NCBI GenBank assembly: GCA_025450035.1 | Contig: JANWIF010000012.1 | Location: 7,317-71,316, forward strand | Origin: Gemmatimonadaceae bacterium | Lineage (GTDB): Bacteria > Gemmatimonadota > Gemmatimonadetes > Gemmatimonadales > Gemmatimonadaceae | Length of the DNA: 64,000 bases | Direction of reading: 5' to 3' | In this document: piece by piece, positions 1-9,515 of the stretch | How the letters are laid out: each line of letters opens with the position of its first letter | Position numbering within the stretch: the stretch's first letter is position 1 | Translations under genes and position numbers: made by a program | Notes under the pieces: generated by a model | Told to the model about the DNA's origin: nothing | Seen by the model: the letters and a program-made list of their open reading frames with translations, nothing else | Database searches by the model: none

Positions 1-1
1 C

Positions 2-1804
2 GGCGCCATACGCGCGGGTAACTTCGTCGCAAGTGTCTCGGGAAAGCGTCGCGGGAAAGGCTCGTCCCGCGAGCAGTCCCCGTACGCAGAACTCATGGCC
101 GGCATACGACTCGTCATCGCGGAGAACATCGAACGCATTTATCGCGAGAACTGCCAGAACCTCGGCGTCTTCACATCGACCAACTTCGGGCTGATCGAAC
201 GCGTGCGCCGCGGCGAAGAAATTCCACTCTCCGAGTTCACTCACGGCGAAGGCGGCATCTCGCGCGGCATCATCGAGTACGGAGGACTGTTCAACTACAA
301 CCTGGCCCGGCTTCAGAACAAAGTGACCGTGCCCGCGGTCAATACGGCCCCGCACCCCATGACCATCGCGGAAAAGATCTTCGCACGCCATTGGGTCGTG
401 GACGCCGCCGCTGGCAAGCTCGGCGTACCAGCGGTACAGCCCTGTGACCAGGGATTTGTGCGTACCGACATCCGATTCAGTCACGAGTACGTCACCCCGA
501 TGGCCGCGATCTTCTTCGATCAGCTCGTAGGTCCAAACGAGCCGGTCAATGACCCATCGTCGGTGTTCTTCTTCCGCGACCACCTCACGTTTCTCGACCA
601 GGTAATGCGCCCCGAACACCTCGAGATGGGGTTGCTCGATGTGGCCAACCAGCTCGAGGCCAAGCAGCGCACGTTCGCCGCCGCCAAGGGCATCAAGCTG
701 TACGGCCAGCTCGATCACCGACTGAACCTGCACGGCGCGATCGCGGCTGCAGGATCAGAGGCGATCTGCCACTCCAAGATCTTGGAGGCACACGCGCTTC
801 CCGGACAGATCATCATCGGATCTGACTCGCACACGCCGCACGCGGGCGCGGTGGGCTGCGTGGCGTTTGGCGTCGGTACGACCGCGATCTTCAACTCGTG
901 GATCACCAACGACGTCCGCGTAGAAGTCCCGAAGTCGTTCAAGGTGATCGTGCGCGGCAAGAAGCCGTCGAACATCACCGCCAAGGACTTCATGCTGGAG
1001 ATCCTGCGCCTTCCATACATCAAGAGCGGCGAGGCGATCGGCCAGATCATCGAGTACGCCGGCGAAGCGGTGGAAGCGCTGTCCGTCGACGAACGGGCCA
1101 CGATGACCAACATGGCTGCCGAAGTTGGCGCGTTCACCGGGATCATCGCGCCCGACGAGAAGACCGTCGGGTACCTGGTCGCCCAACGCGGCATGACGCC
1201 GGCGGCCGCGCGTGCGCTGTGCGACGGACTCGCCTCCGATCCGGGCGCATCGTACGTGAAGATCATCGAGCTCGACGCGTCCAGCATGCGCCCCATGCTG
1301 GCACTCCCCGGTGATCCTGGGAACGGTATGTACGTAGATGAGCTGCCGGCCGACGTGCGCGTCGACATCGCCTACGCAGGCTCGTGCACGGCCGGCAAGA
1401 AGGAAGACATGGACATGTACGCGCGCGTCTTCCGCGAGGCCCTCGAACGCGGCGATCGCGTAGCGCCGCACGTGCGTTGCTTCATCCAGTGCGGATCGCG
1501 CGAAGTATTCGAGTACTGCCAGGCCCTGGGCTACGATCAGGTCTTCGCCGACGTCGGCGCGACGTTCGTGGAACCGTCGTGCGGCGCGTGCATCAATGCC
1601 GGACCCGGCGTGTCGCGCACCAAGGTCGAAGTGACCATCTCGGCCATCAACCGCAATTTCCCAGGCCGTTCCGGACCGGGGCAGCTCTACCTCGCCTCCC
1701 CGTACACTGTGGCCGCGTCCGCGATCGCCGGCCGCATCGTCGAGTGGACGTCGGGCCACGGTCAACGTGACACCGCTGCCGCGGATGAACTCGTCCACGC
1801 CTAA
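2..1804 (+). CDS. Aconitase/isopropylmalate-dehydratase family hydro-lyase with an N-terminal swivel (LeuD-like) domain; 5' end lies outside the window
   Basis: The frame is open from the window edge (..GNFVASVSGKRRGKGSSREQSPYAEL-MAGIR..). The LeuD-like GSSRE motif is followed by aconitase catalytic motifs GSDSHTPHAG, AGSCTAGKKED and CGACINAGPG. Confidence 0.8.
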   Translation, partial: GAIRAGNFVASVSGKRRGKGSSREQSPYAELMAGIRLVIAENIERIYRENCQNLGVFTSTNFGLIERVRRGEEIPLSEFTHGEGGISRGIIEYGGLFNYNLARLQNKVTVPAVNTAPHPMTIAEKIFARHWVVDAAAGKLGVPAVQPCDQGFVRTDIRFSHEYVTPMAAIFFDQLVGPNEPVNDPSSVFFFRDHLTFLDQVMRPEHLEMGLLDVANQLEAKQRTFAAAKGIKLYGQLDHRLNLHGAIAAAGSEAICHSKILEAHALPGQIIIGSDSHTPHAGAVGCVAFGVGTTAIFNSWITNDVRVEVPKSFKVIVRGKKPSNITAKDFMLEILRLPYIKSGEAIGQIIEYAGEAVEALSVDERATMTNMAAEVGAFTGIIAPDEKTVGYLVAQRGMTPAAARALCDGLASDPGASYVKIIELDASSMRPMLALPGDPGNGMYVDELPADVRVDIAYAGSCTAGKKEDMDMYARVFREALERGDRVAPHVRCFIQCGSREVFEYCQALGYDQVFADVGATFVEPSCGACINAGPGVSRTKVEVTISAINRNFPGRSGPGQLYLASPYTVAASAIAGRIVEWTSGHGQRDTAAADELVHA

Positions 1805-1865
1805 CGTGACGCGTCCGCCCCGCGCCGCCCGGTCGTCGCCGCCGGCCCTACCCGCATGACCGCGC

Positions 1866-2687
1866 ATGCGCGGTGAGTTCGTGGATGTGGGGGGGGTGCG
1901 GCTGTACTACTACGCCGCCGGTACCCGCGGCGCGGGAGAGCCGGTGGTGCTCATCCATGGCTTCCCCACCTCATCGCACCTGTGGCGCGATGTCGCGCCG
2001 CTCATCCCGGACGGACATCGGGTGGTGGTGCTCGATCTGCTCGGCTACGGCCGCAGTGACCCGCCTAACGGAAGGGACCTGAGCATCAAAGGGCACGCCG
2101 AGCGGGTGATCGCGTTGCTCGACGCCCTGCGCATCTCGTACGCCGCGATCGTTGGCCACGACCTGGGCGGCGGCATCGCGCAGTACCTCGCGGTGCGGCA
2201 TCCGACGCGCGTCGCCCGCCTCGCGCTCATCGACTCGGTAGCCTTCGACGACTGGCCGACGCGCCAGCTGAAGCTCGCCCGCACCACGCTCCCCCTCACC
2301 CGCTACCTCCCCGCCACCTGGATTCTCTCCATGTTGCGCTCGGAGTTGGAACGGGGCTACGCGCACGAGGACAGCGGCGCCCGCTCGATCGAGATTTACG
2401 TTCGTCCCTTCTGCCAACCTGAGGGATGCGATGCGCTCGTGGAGCATCTCGAGGCGCTCAACTCCGAGGAAACCGTGGCCCTTCAGCCGCGGCTCAAGGA
2501 CATCGTCGCACCCACCGCCGTGCTGTCCGGCGCCCACGACCCGTTCGTGCCGTCCGCCCTGGCTAAGCGGCTCCACGACGCGATCCCCAACTCGTCGCTC
2601 GACATGCTGCCGGACGTCCGCCATTTCACTCCCGAGGAAACCCCGGAGACGATCGGGGCGATCCTCGCCTCCTGGCTGCGACGTTAG
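1866..2687 (+). CDS. Alpha/beta-fold hydrolase (haloalkane dehalogenase / epoxide hydrolase-like, Asp nucleophile)
   Basis: Motifs VVLIHGFPTSSHLW and the GHDLGGGIA nucleophile elbow, with a C-terminal His region (DVRHFTPEE). ATG at 1866. Confidence 0.85.
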   Translation: MRGEFVDVGGVRLYYYAAGTRGAGEPVVLIHGFPTSSHLWRDVAPLIPDGHRVVVLDLLGYGRSDPPNGRDLSIKGHAERVIALLDALRISYAAIVGHDLGGGIAQYLAVRHPTRVARLALIDSVAFDDWPTRQLKLARTTLPLTRYLPATWILSMLRSELERGYAHEDSGARSIEIYVRPFCQPEGCDALVEHLEALNSEETVALQPRLKDIVAPTAVLSGAHDPFVPSALAKRLHDAIPNSSLDMLPDVRHFTPEETPETIGAILASWLRR

Positions 2688-2698
2688 GCAGGCGCGCG

Positions 2699-2790
2699 CC
2701 ACGCTCCCGCTACGTGCTACGTGCGGCTCTACCACACGACTCCCACGCCGACAGCCCCGTCGTGCTAACAGCATCCGAGACGCGCTCCCT
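2699..2790. repeat. Intergenic repeat, family B copy 1 (core ACGTGCTACGTGCGG)
   Basis: 29/32 identical to 13739-13770 over the first 32 nt and about 70% identical over about 90 nt. Lies between convergent genes. Confidence 0.5.
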
Positions 2791-4702
2791 AGAGCTTCCG
2801 AACCTCGTCGGCGGCCTCGAGCACGTGGCCAATGTCGCGCGAGAGCGCCCGCGCCTCGACAGTCGCGCTGTTCACCTCGCCGATCGCCGCCTGGACCCCA
2901 GACGATCGAAGCTTGAGCAGGTCGAGCTTGAGATTCTGAAGCGCGATCCCCACGCTCTCCAACTGTCCAGCCAGCCGCTCGCGCCGCGCACCCAGCTGCT
3001 GCAACGAGCCCAGTTGCCGCTCGAGGAGCGACAGCCGCCGCTCACGATCCACGGCACCATCCGGCTCCCGCCGGACGGCGGCGATGCGCTCCTCCAGCTG
3101 CGCGAGCGCACTCGGTGAGATGTCGCGGTCGAGGTGGTGCAGCATCTGAGCCACCGACGCCGCCCGCTGCGCCAGCCCGTCCACGGTAGGCACGACATCG
3201 GGGATCAGATCCCTGTCCTCCGTTCCCAACGAGTCGACGATCGACAGGATCGTGACCTTGTCGGCGGCGGCGCGGCGCACGGCGTCACCATACGGACCCT
3301 CCAGCACCTCCCGCGTCCCGAGCTTTGCGGCCTCCATCTCCGCGGCCGATGCCGGCGGCAGCGCCGGATCACCACCCAGATACGAGGCCGCCGATTCGCT
3401 CGCGATCGCGCGGGGATCGGGCTTTGTGAAGATCCGCTTCCACGTGACTCCCTCGGCCCACAACCCGCTCCACTGTTTCATCACCGAGGCGCCCATGCCT
3501 AACGCTGCAAACAGGAACCATGGGAACTGCGGCGAGGTGAGCATGTTGATGCCGGCCAGCATCGCGACCACGACCCCCGTACTCGCGAGGTTGCGGCGAA
3601 ACACGGTAATCCGCTCCGCGATTGGCCGCGCCTGCGAGCGATCGTCCCGCTGCAGTCGCGCATAACGGCGCGCATCCCGCCGCGACATGGGCGGCATGGC
3701 CCATCGCCAATCCTGGTTAGGCGGTTGGACCGTTCCGCCGGGCGCCGGCGCGGGCGCGGGAGGCGGCAGCCGCGGCGGTGCCGCTCGGCCGCCAAGCAGC
3801 GGAGCGGGCGGCGCGCGGCGCGCGGCGACCGATGCGGCGGTATGCTGCCACGGCACAGGCGGCGCCTCGGCACGCATCAGCGCATCGCGAAATGCGGACG
3901 CGGTCGGCCACCGGTCTTCCGGCCGCTTCACCAGCGCGCGCGAGATCGCGCCCTCCAGCGTCGGCGGCACGTCGGGGCGCAGCGCCCGCAACGGACGCGG
4001 TGTCTCGCTGATGTGCTTCATCATCATGGCCGGCGTGTTGGTCGCCCGGAATGGCAGTTCGCCGGACAGGATCTGGTAGGCCACGACACCCAGGGAATAG
4101 ATGTCGCTGCGCCCGTCCACTTCGCGCTCGCCTAACGCCTGCTCGGGGGACATGTACGCCGGAGTGCCCACGGTGACGCCGGTGATGGTGAGCCGCGAGT
4201 CCGCCTCGGCGGCTCGTGCGATCCCGAAATCCGTCACCATGGGACGCCCACTCTCCCGGTCGAGCAGGATGTTGTCCGGCTTCACGTCCCGATGGATGAC
4301 CCCGTGCATGTGCGCGTACGCGAGCGCGTCGGCCACGTCGCATAGAATGCGCCGCGCTTCGGGCACCGGCAGCGGACCGCGCGCAAGGCGACTGGCCAGG
4401 CTCTCGCCATCCACCAATCCCATCACGAAATACACGAGTCCATCGCGCTCGTCTACCGAGTAGATAGGCACGATGTTCGGATGATTCAGTTGGGCGGCGG
4501 TCTGCGCCTCACGCAGAAATCGGCGCCGCACGTCCTCGCGGAACGCCAGCTCCGGAGGCAGCACCTTGATCGCCACCGGGCGGCGCAACCGGGTGTCGGT
4601 GGCCCGGTAGACCACCGCCATCCCTCCGCGCCCCAGTTCGGTGTCCACCTGATACGCATCACCAACTGCCGCAATCACGCGGTCGCGCATCGGATCGGTC
4701 AC
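2789..4702 (-). CDS. Ser/Thr protein kinase with Pro-rich linker, 2TM-like membrane hairpin and C-terminal coiled coil
   Basis: Hanks motifs GRGGMAVVY, AIKVL, HRDVKPDNILL, DFGIA and GTPAYMSPE. Hydrophobic pair VVVAMLAGINML / FLFAALGMGASV. Start is GTG 4702 (GTGA overlap with the upstream kinase) or ATG 4690. Confidence 0.9.
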   Translation of the reverse strand: MTDPMRDRVIAAVGDAYQVDTELGRGGMAVVYRATDTRLRRPVAIKVLPPELAFREDVRRRFLREAQTAAQLNHPNIVPIYSVDERDGLVYFVMGLVDGESLASRLARGPLPVPEARRILCDVADALAYAHMHGVIHRDVKPDNILLDRESGRPMVTDFGIARAAEADSRLTITGVTVGTPAYMSPEQALGEREVDGRSDIYSLGVVAYQILSGELPFRATNTPAMMMKHISETPRPLRALRPDVPPTLEGAISRALVKRPEDRWPTASAFRDALMRAEAPPVPWQHTAASVAARRAPPAPLLGGRAAPPRLPPPAPAPAPGGTVQPPNQDWRWAMPPMSRRDARRYARLQRDDRSQARPIAERITVFRRNLASTGVVVAMLAGINMLTSPQFPWFLFAALGMGASVMKQWSGLWAEGVTWKRIFTKPDPRAIASESAASYLGGDPALPPASAAEMEAAKLGTREVLEGPYGDAVRRAAADKVTILSIVDSLGTEDRDLIPDVVPTVDGLAQRAASVAQMLHHLDRDISPSALAQLEERIAAVRREPDGAVDRERRLSLLERQLGSLQQLGARRERLAGQLESVGIALQNLKLDLLKLRSSGVQAAIGEVNSATVEARALSRDIGHVLEAADEVRKL

Positions 4703-6690
4703 ACGCGATCGCGCGCCGCGCGCCCCGCGCCGGAGCGCCGCGCATCATCCACACCCCGCACCGCGGCGTCGACATCTTCGGCGAGCGCCCGGGCCCGCTC
4801 GGTGAGCATCGTGATCTGCTGGCTCGCGCTCGCCACCCCGCCGGCGCGCAGCCGCAGTACGTCCACTCGCATGCCCTGTAGTGCCAGCGCGCAGCTCTCG
4901 AGTTTGGCCCACGTTTCGTCGCGCCGACGACTCCGGTCTGCCGCTGCTCGGCGATCGCGCTTGAGCCGCGCCAATCGGCGCACCCGATCCTCGCTGGCCG
5001 CAATCTCCAGCGGATTCGCCTGCGCCTCGAGCGCCGAGATCTCCCGCTCGATTCGCTCGGCCTCGCTCGGATCGATCGCCCGATCCTGTTCGCCCACAGA
5101 CAGCGCAAGCGACTGCACGCGCCGGTACAACCCCTCAGCGGCGGGAATCACCCCATCCACCAGGCTCTGGTCCGACTTCGGAAGCGACGTCACAATCTGA
5201 AGAATCTCGCCGCGGTCGACTCCGGCGCGCTGCACCGTGTCCCCGTAGCGGCCAAAGTCCGCGGCCGGCAATCCCCGCGGCGTGCCGAGCGCAGGAAGCG
5301 CGGCACGCTCGGCCTGCGAGCGCACACGGAGCTCGTCGCGCTTGCCGCGATTGAACACGGCCTGCGCATGCTCCATGGTTTCTGATGCCACGTCCACCAG
5401 GCGCCGATCTCGCGGCTGCCGGAACACATCGCGCCAATCGTATCCGGCCGACCACAGCTTCGAATACTTGGCCGCCATGAAGATGCTCCAGATCACGGTG
5501 ACCGAGATCAGATCCGTACTCGTGAACAACGCCGCGACGACAATCACCGCGTTCATGAAAAAGAACTTGGCAAAGCTCGACCGGAATCGCTGCACCTCGG
5601 GTGCCGATTGTCGGGCGATGTCATCGGGCGTCGGCGTGCCGTATCGCCCGGCCAATGTCGGGACGCTCGCGCCGCCGTAGGGCGTGGGATACGGCGCCGC
5701 CGGGATCGGCGACTGCGCGGGCGGGCCCCAGGGAGGCCGCGGTGCGATCGCGGTCGCCGTTCGCACGGGCATCTGACTCATGTCACCGCTCAGCACGGAC
5801 TTGAGCGCGGCCGCACTCGAGAATCGCTGCGATGGCTCTTTCTCCAACATCGTCATCACCGCCGCCGACAGATCAGGAGGAACGCCCGGACGCAATTGCT
5901 CGATCGGCGTGGGCTGTTCAGCGATGTGCTTCATGAGCATCGCCGCCGTGCTGTTCGCCTGGAATGGCAGTTGACCGGTAAGCATCTGGTAGCCCACCAC
6001 GCCCAACGAATACAGGTCGCTTCGCCCGTCAATCTCGCGATCGCCCGCCGCCTGCTCCGGCGACATGTACGCCGGCGTGCCAATGGCCACACCCGTGGCC
6101 GTGAGGCGGGAGTCCGCTCCTTCCTGGATCGCGCGCGCGATCCCGAAATCGGTGACCATCGCGCGGCCGCTTTCACCGAGCAGAATGTTGTCCGGCTTGA
6201 TGTCCCGATGGATCACTCCGCGCGCGTGGGCGTAGGCCAGCGCGTCAGCAACCTCGCGCAGAATTCGGCGTACCTCGTCGACAGGGAGCGGACCTTGCTC
6301 CGCCACGCGCTTGGCGAGCGTATCGCCATCCACGCACGCCATTACAAAGAACACCAACCCTTCGCGCTCATCGACGCTGTAAATGGGCACGATGTTCGGA
6401 TGACTCAGTTGCGCAGCGGTCTCGGCCTCACGCAAAAATCGAGACTTGATCTCCCCGCGAAACCCCAGCTCGGGCGGTAGAATCTTGATCGCCACCATGC
6501 GCTTGAGACGCCGGTCTCTAGCGCGATACACGATCCCCATGCCGCCGCGACCGAGTTCCCGGTCCAGCTCATAGTTGGCCGTGAGGGCACGCTCGACTAG
6601 CGAGCGAAGCTCAGCATCTGAGGAGACGGCGATGGGATCGGGCACCAAGAGGACTCTACGGGAATACAAGATGCTTAGTGTATCATGCAC
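4699..6690 (-). CDS. Ser/Thr protein kinase, tandem paralogue of 2789-4702 with the same architecture
   Basis: Motifs GRGGMGIVY, AIKIL, HRDIKPDNILL, DFGIA and GTPAYMSPE. 2TM-like segment FFMNAVIVVAALF..ISVTVIWSIFMAA and a C-terminal coiled coil. The first ~15 codons are low-GC3, so the true start may be GTG 6645. Confidence 0.88.
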   Translation of the reverse strand: MHDTLSILYSRRVLLVPDPIAVSSDAELRSLVERALTANYELDRELGRGGMGIVYRARDRRLKRMVAIKILPPELGFRGEIKSRFLREAETAAQLSHPNIVPIYSVDEREGLVFFVMACVDGDTLAKRVAEQGPLPVDEVRRILREVADALAYAHARGVIHRDIKPDNILLGESGRAMVTDFGIARAIQEGADSRLTATGVAIGTPAYMSPEQAAGDREIDGRSDLYSLGVVGYQMLTGQLPFQANSTAAMLMKHIAEQPTPIEQLRPGVPPDLSAAVMTMLEKEPSQRFSSAAALKSVLSGDMSQMPVRTATAIAPRPPWGPPAQSPIPAAPYPTPYGGASVPTLAGRYGTPTPDDIARQSAPEVQRFRSSFAKFFFMNAVIVVAALFTSTDLISVTVIWSIFMAAKYSKLWSAGYDWRDVFRQPRDRRLVDVASETMEHAQAVFNRGKRDELRVRSQAERAALPALGTPRGLPAADFGRYGDTVQRAGVDRGEILQIVTSLPKSDQSLVDGVIPAAEGLYRRVQSLALSVGEQDRAIDPSEAERIEREISALEAQANPLEIAASEDRVRRLARLKRDRRAAADRSRRRDETWAKLESCALALQGMRVDVLRLRAGGVASASQQITMLTERARALAEDVDAAVRGVDDARRSGAGRAARDRV

Positions 6691-6870
6691 GCGGTCGTCT
6701 GAAAAGACGATCCGGTCGTCGTGGCAGCGTCACTACGTCAAAGCGACGGGGGGAAGTTGCAAATCCTGCCTGCTTGGCGTAGGTCAGGCCCGATCCATGA
6801 CTCGCGGAACCGGAAGTCGCGCAAGGCGGTTGACGTGTCATTGCAGGCCTTTCTCTCAGGACATACGACT

Positions 6871-9450
6871 ATGGCACAGCGTCAAACATTGCCCGTTCTC
6901 CCACTCCGCGGCACGGTGATTTTCCCGGGGCAGACCGCGCCCATCGCGGCCGGTCGTCCGGGAACATTGCGGGCGATTGAAGCGGCCTTGAAGGCCGACC
7001 GCTTGGTATTCGCGGTCGCGCAGCGTGATAACACTGATGAGCCCACCCCGGAGATTCTGTATGCGATGGGTGTGATCGCGCGCATCGGTCAGGTGCAGCG
7101 CGGCCTGGGCGGCGTTCAGTTGCTGCTCCAGGGCGAGCAGCGTGCTACCGCATTGCAGTTCACCACCACCGACCAGTACCTCGCCGCAGTGGTCGTACCG
7201 GTGGAAGAGATGAACCCATTGGACGAGCACGATCCAGCGTTCGAAGCGCTGCACAAGGAAGCGCGCGAGCGTGCGGCGGAGCTCGGCGAGAAGCGTGGGC
7301 TTCCGGAAGAGGTCGTGAACCAGGTGCTCGATTCGGTTACCGAGTCCGGCCGGTTCGCCGACCTCGTCGCGGGCTACATCGACCTCACCGTGCCGGAAAA
7401 GCAGGGCTTGCTCGAGACGCTGAGCGTCGAGGAGCGCTTGCGCCGCGTGCTGGTCCATGTGCAGCGGCAAATCGGGCTGCTCGAGGCCCAGGAGGAGATC
7501 AAGTCGCAGGTGCAGGAAGAGTTGGGCCAGCGCCAGCGCGAGATGTATCTGCGCGAGCAGATGAAGGCGATCCAGAAGGAGTTGGGCGACGACGATCAGA
7601 GCCGCGAGATCGAGGAGTTGCGCGAGAAACTCTCCAAGCTCGAGTTGCCCAAGTCGGCGCGCCAGGAAGTGGAGCGCGAGTTGGGCCGCCTGGAGCGGTC
7701 GGGCCGCGAGTCCATGGAAGCCCAGGTGATTCGCACGTACCTGGAGTGGATCGCCGAGCTGCCGTGGAACACCAGGTCGGACGACAACCTCGAGCTCATG
7801 CACGCGGCCGCGGTGTTGGACGAAGACCACTACGGGCTCCCGGATGTGAAGGACCGGGTGCTCGAGTTCCTGGCCGTGCGCCAGCTGCGCGCGCAGGAGC
7901 TGGCGGCCGAGGTGGAGAAGACGGGGGAGTTCCCGGCGTACAAGATCCGTCCGAAGAGCGACGAGGCGACCCCCTCGCTCAACAGCGGCGAGCAGGACGA
8001 CCGCGCCATCACCGACAAGCGCGAAGCAAAGGCGCGGGCGATGGCGAAGGGTCCGATTCTGTTGTTCGTCGGCCCTCCGGGCGTGGGCAAAACGAGTATC
8101 GCGAAATCGATCGCCCGGGCCCTGGGCCGCGAGTACGTGCGTGCATCGTTAGGCGGAGCGCGCGACGAGGCGGACATCCGCGGTCACCGGCGCACCTACG
8201 TGGGAGCGATGCCCGGCCGCATCATCCAGGGGATGAAGCAGGCGGGCACCAAGAATCCGGTGTTCCTGCTCGACGAGGTGGACAAGTTGGGCATCTCGTT
8301 CCAGGGTGATCCGGCAAGCGCGCTGCTCGAGGTGCTCGATCCGGCGCAGAACGACACGTTCACCGATCACTATCTGAACGTGCCGTTCGACCTGAGCGAG
8401 GTGTTGTTCATTGCCACCGCGAACTTCATCCAGAACATTCCCGCGCCGCTGCTGGACCGCATGGAGGTCGTGGAGTTTTCCGGGTATACGGAGCGCGAGA
8501 AGGCGGAGATCGCCAAGAAATATCTGATCCCGCGCCAGCTCGAGGAGTCGGGGCTGTCCGGCAAGGGCGTCACCTTCACCGATGATGCGGTGATGACGGT
8601 TGTCAGCAACTACACGCGGGAGAGCGGGGTGCGGCAGCTGGAGCGTGAGATCAGCGCGGTGGCTCGCAAGGTCGCGCGCCGCATCGCGTCCGGCGACGCC
8701 CAGGGACACGAGCTTACCACCGCCGACGTGCGTGAGCTATTGGGTCGGCCGAAGGTCCATCCCGAGCACGCGGCCGAGGAGAACGAAGTCGGGGTCGCGA
8801 CGGGGATGTATTACACCCCGGCCGGCGGCGACATCATGTTCGTCGAGGCGGCGGTGCGCCGATTGTACGGTTCGCCTACGCCGGAGAGCATCACGCAGGT
8901 CAACGCGTTGGGCACGGTGTCATTGATCCTCACCGGCCAGTTAGGCGACGTGATGAAGGAATCGGCGCGCGCGGCGCTCACGTATGCCGCCATGCACGCC
9001 GCGCAGCTCAACATCCCCGAGGACCGGTTAGGCAGCATCGAGGCGCACATTCACGTCCCCGCGGGCGCCATCCCCAAGGATGGCCCGTCGGCAGGCGTGA
9101 CGATGGCTACCGCGCTCGTGTCGGCGCTGTCGGGGGTTCCGGTGCGCCGCGATCTGGCCATGACGGGCGAGATCACGCTCCGTGGGCGCGTGCTCCCGAT
9201 CGGCGGCCTCAAAGAGAAGGTGCTGGGCGCGCACCGCGCGGGCATCACCACCATCCTCCTGCCCAAGGACAACGAGGGAGACCTGGAAGACATCCCCGAA
9301 GACGTGCGGCAGTCGCTCACGTTTCATCCGGTGACCACGTTGGTCGAAGTATTCTCGCATGCGCTGGTGCCGCCACGCGGCCCCGTCTCGAACGCGCCGG
9401 TCGAGGAGATCGAAGAGGACATTCCCGCGGCGGCGCTGAGCGCGAAGTAG
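6871..9450 (+). CDS. lon: ATP-dependent Lon protease
   Basis: LON N-domain ([14 protein letters not shown]), Walker [10 protein letters not shown], and protease motif [12 protein letters not shown] 6871 is preceded by AGGA; the 50 upstream in-frame codons look non-coding. Confidence 0.97.
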   Translation: MAQRQTLPVLPLRGTVIFPGQTAPIAAGRPGTLRAIEAALKADRLVFAVAQRDNTDEPTPEILYAMGVIARIGQVQRGLGGVQLLLQGEQRATALQFTTTDQYLAAVVVPVEEMNPLDEHDPAFEALHKEARERAAELGEKRGLPEEVVNQVLDSVTESGRFADLVAGYIDLTVPEKQGLLETLSVEERLRRVLVHVQRQIGLLEAQEEIKSQVQEELGQRQREMYLREQMKAIQKELGDDDQSREIEELREKLSKLELPKSARQEVERELGRLERSGRESMEAQVIRTYLEWIAELPWNTRSDDNLELMHAAAVLDEDHYGLPDVKDRVLEFLAVRQLRAQELAAEVEKTGEFPAYKIRPKSDEATPSLNSGEQDDRAITDKREAKARAMAKGPILLFVGPPGVGKTSIAKSIARALGREYVRASLGGARDEADIRGHRRTYVGAMPGRIIQGMKQAGTKNPVFLLDEVDKLGISFQGDPASALLEVLDPAQNDTFTDHYLNVPFDLSEVLFIATANFIQNIPAPLLDRMEVVEFSGYTEREKAEIAKKYLIPRQLEESGLSGKGVTFTDDAVMTVVSNYTRESGVRQLEREISAVARKVARRIASGDAQGHELTTADVRELLGRPKVHPEHAAEENEVGVATGMYYTPAGGDIMFVEAAVRRLYGSPTPESITQVNALGTVSLILTGQLGDVMKESARAALTYAAMHAAQLNIPEDRLGSIEAHIHVPAGAIPKDGPSAGVTMATALVSALSGVPVRRDLAMTGEITLRGRVLPIGGLKEKVLGAHRAGITTILLPKDNEGDLEDIPEDVRQSLTFHPVTTLVEVFSHALVPPRGPVSNAPVEEIEEDIPAAALSAK

Positions 9451-9458
9451 GCACGGGT

Positions 9459-9489
9459 CGAACGACGCACGTGTCACGTGCGTCGTTCG
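9459..9489. terminator. Perfect 15-bp palindrome between convergent lon and PBP1A genes (candidate bidirectional terminator, no U-tract)
   Basis: CGAACGACGCACGTG-T-CACGTGCGTCGTTCG. It shares the ACGTG-N-CACGTGCGTC core with the family B repeats. Confidence 0.55.
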
Positions 9490-9515
9490 CCTTTCTCCCC
9501 CTGAGCCGCGTGTTT

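Noticed and set aside
755-1867. Long antisense or alternate-frame ORFs throughout the track. Examples are 755-1867(-), 3717-4343(-), 5608-6480(+), 6856-7830(-), 16113-17042(+), 18214-19245(+), 28607-29515(+), 32243-33172(-), 35096-35962(+), 38046-38870(-), 40716-41900(+), 48408-50051(-), 54281-55534(+), 60590-61504(-) and 62222-63349(+).
   Set aside because: They overlap genes with clear family motifs. Their products are Arg/Ala/Pro/Gly-rich low-complexity strings typical of stop-poor frames in high-GC DNA, and none shows a recognisable motif.
6795-6870. Heat-shock control elements upstream of lon (sigma-32-type CTTGGC..CCGATCCAT, a TTGACG -35 at 6826, or CIRCE/HAIR operators).
   Set aside because: Matches are weak (a poor -10, wrong spacing), and no CIRCE or HAIR inverted repeat is present. 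This is not supportable without promoter data for this phylum.
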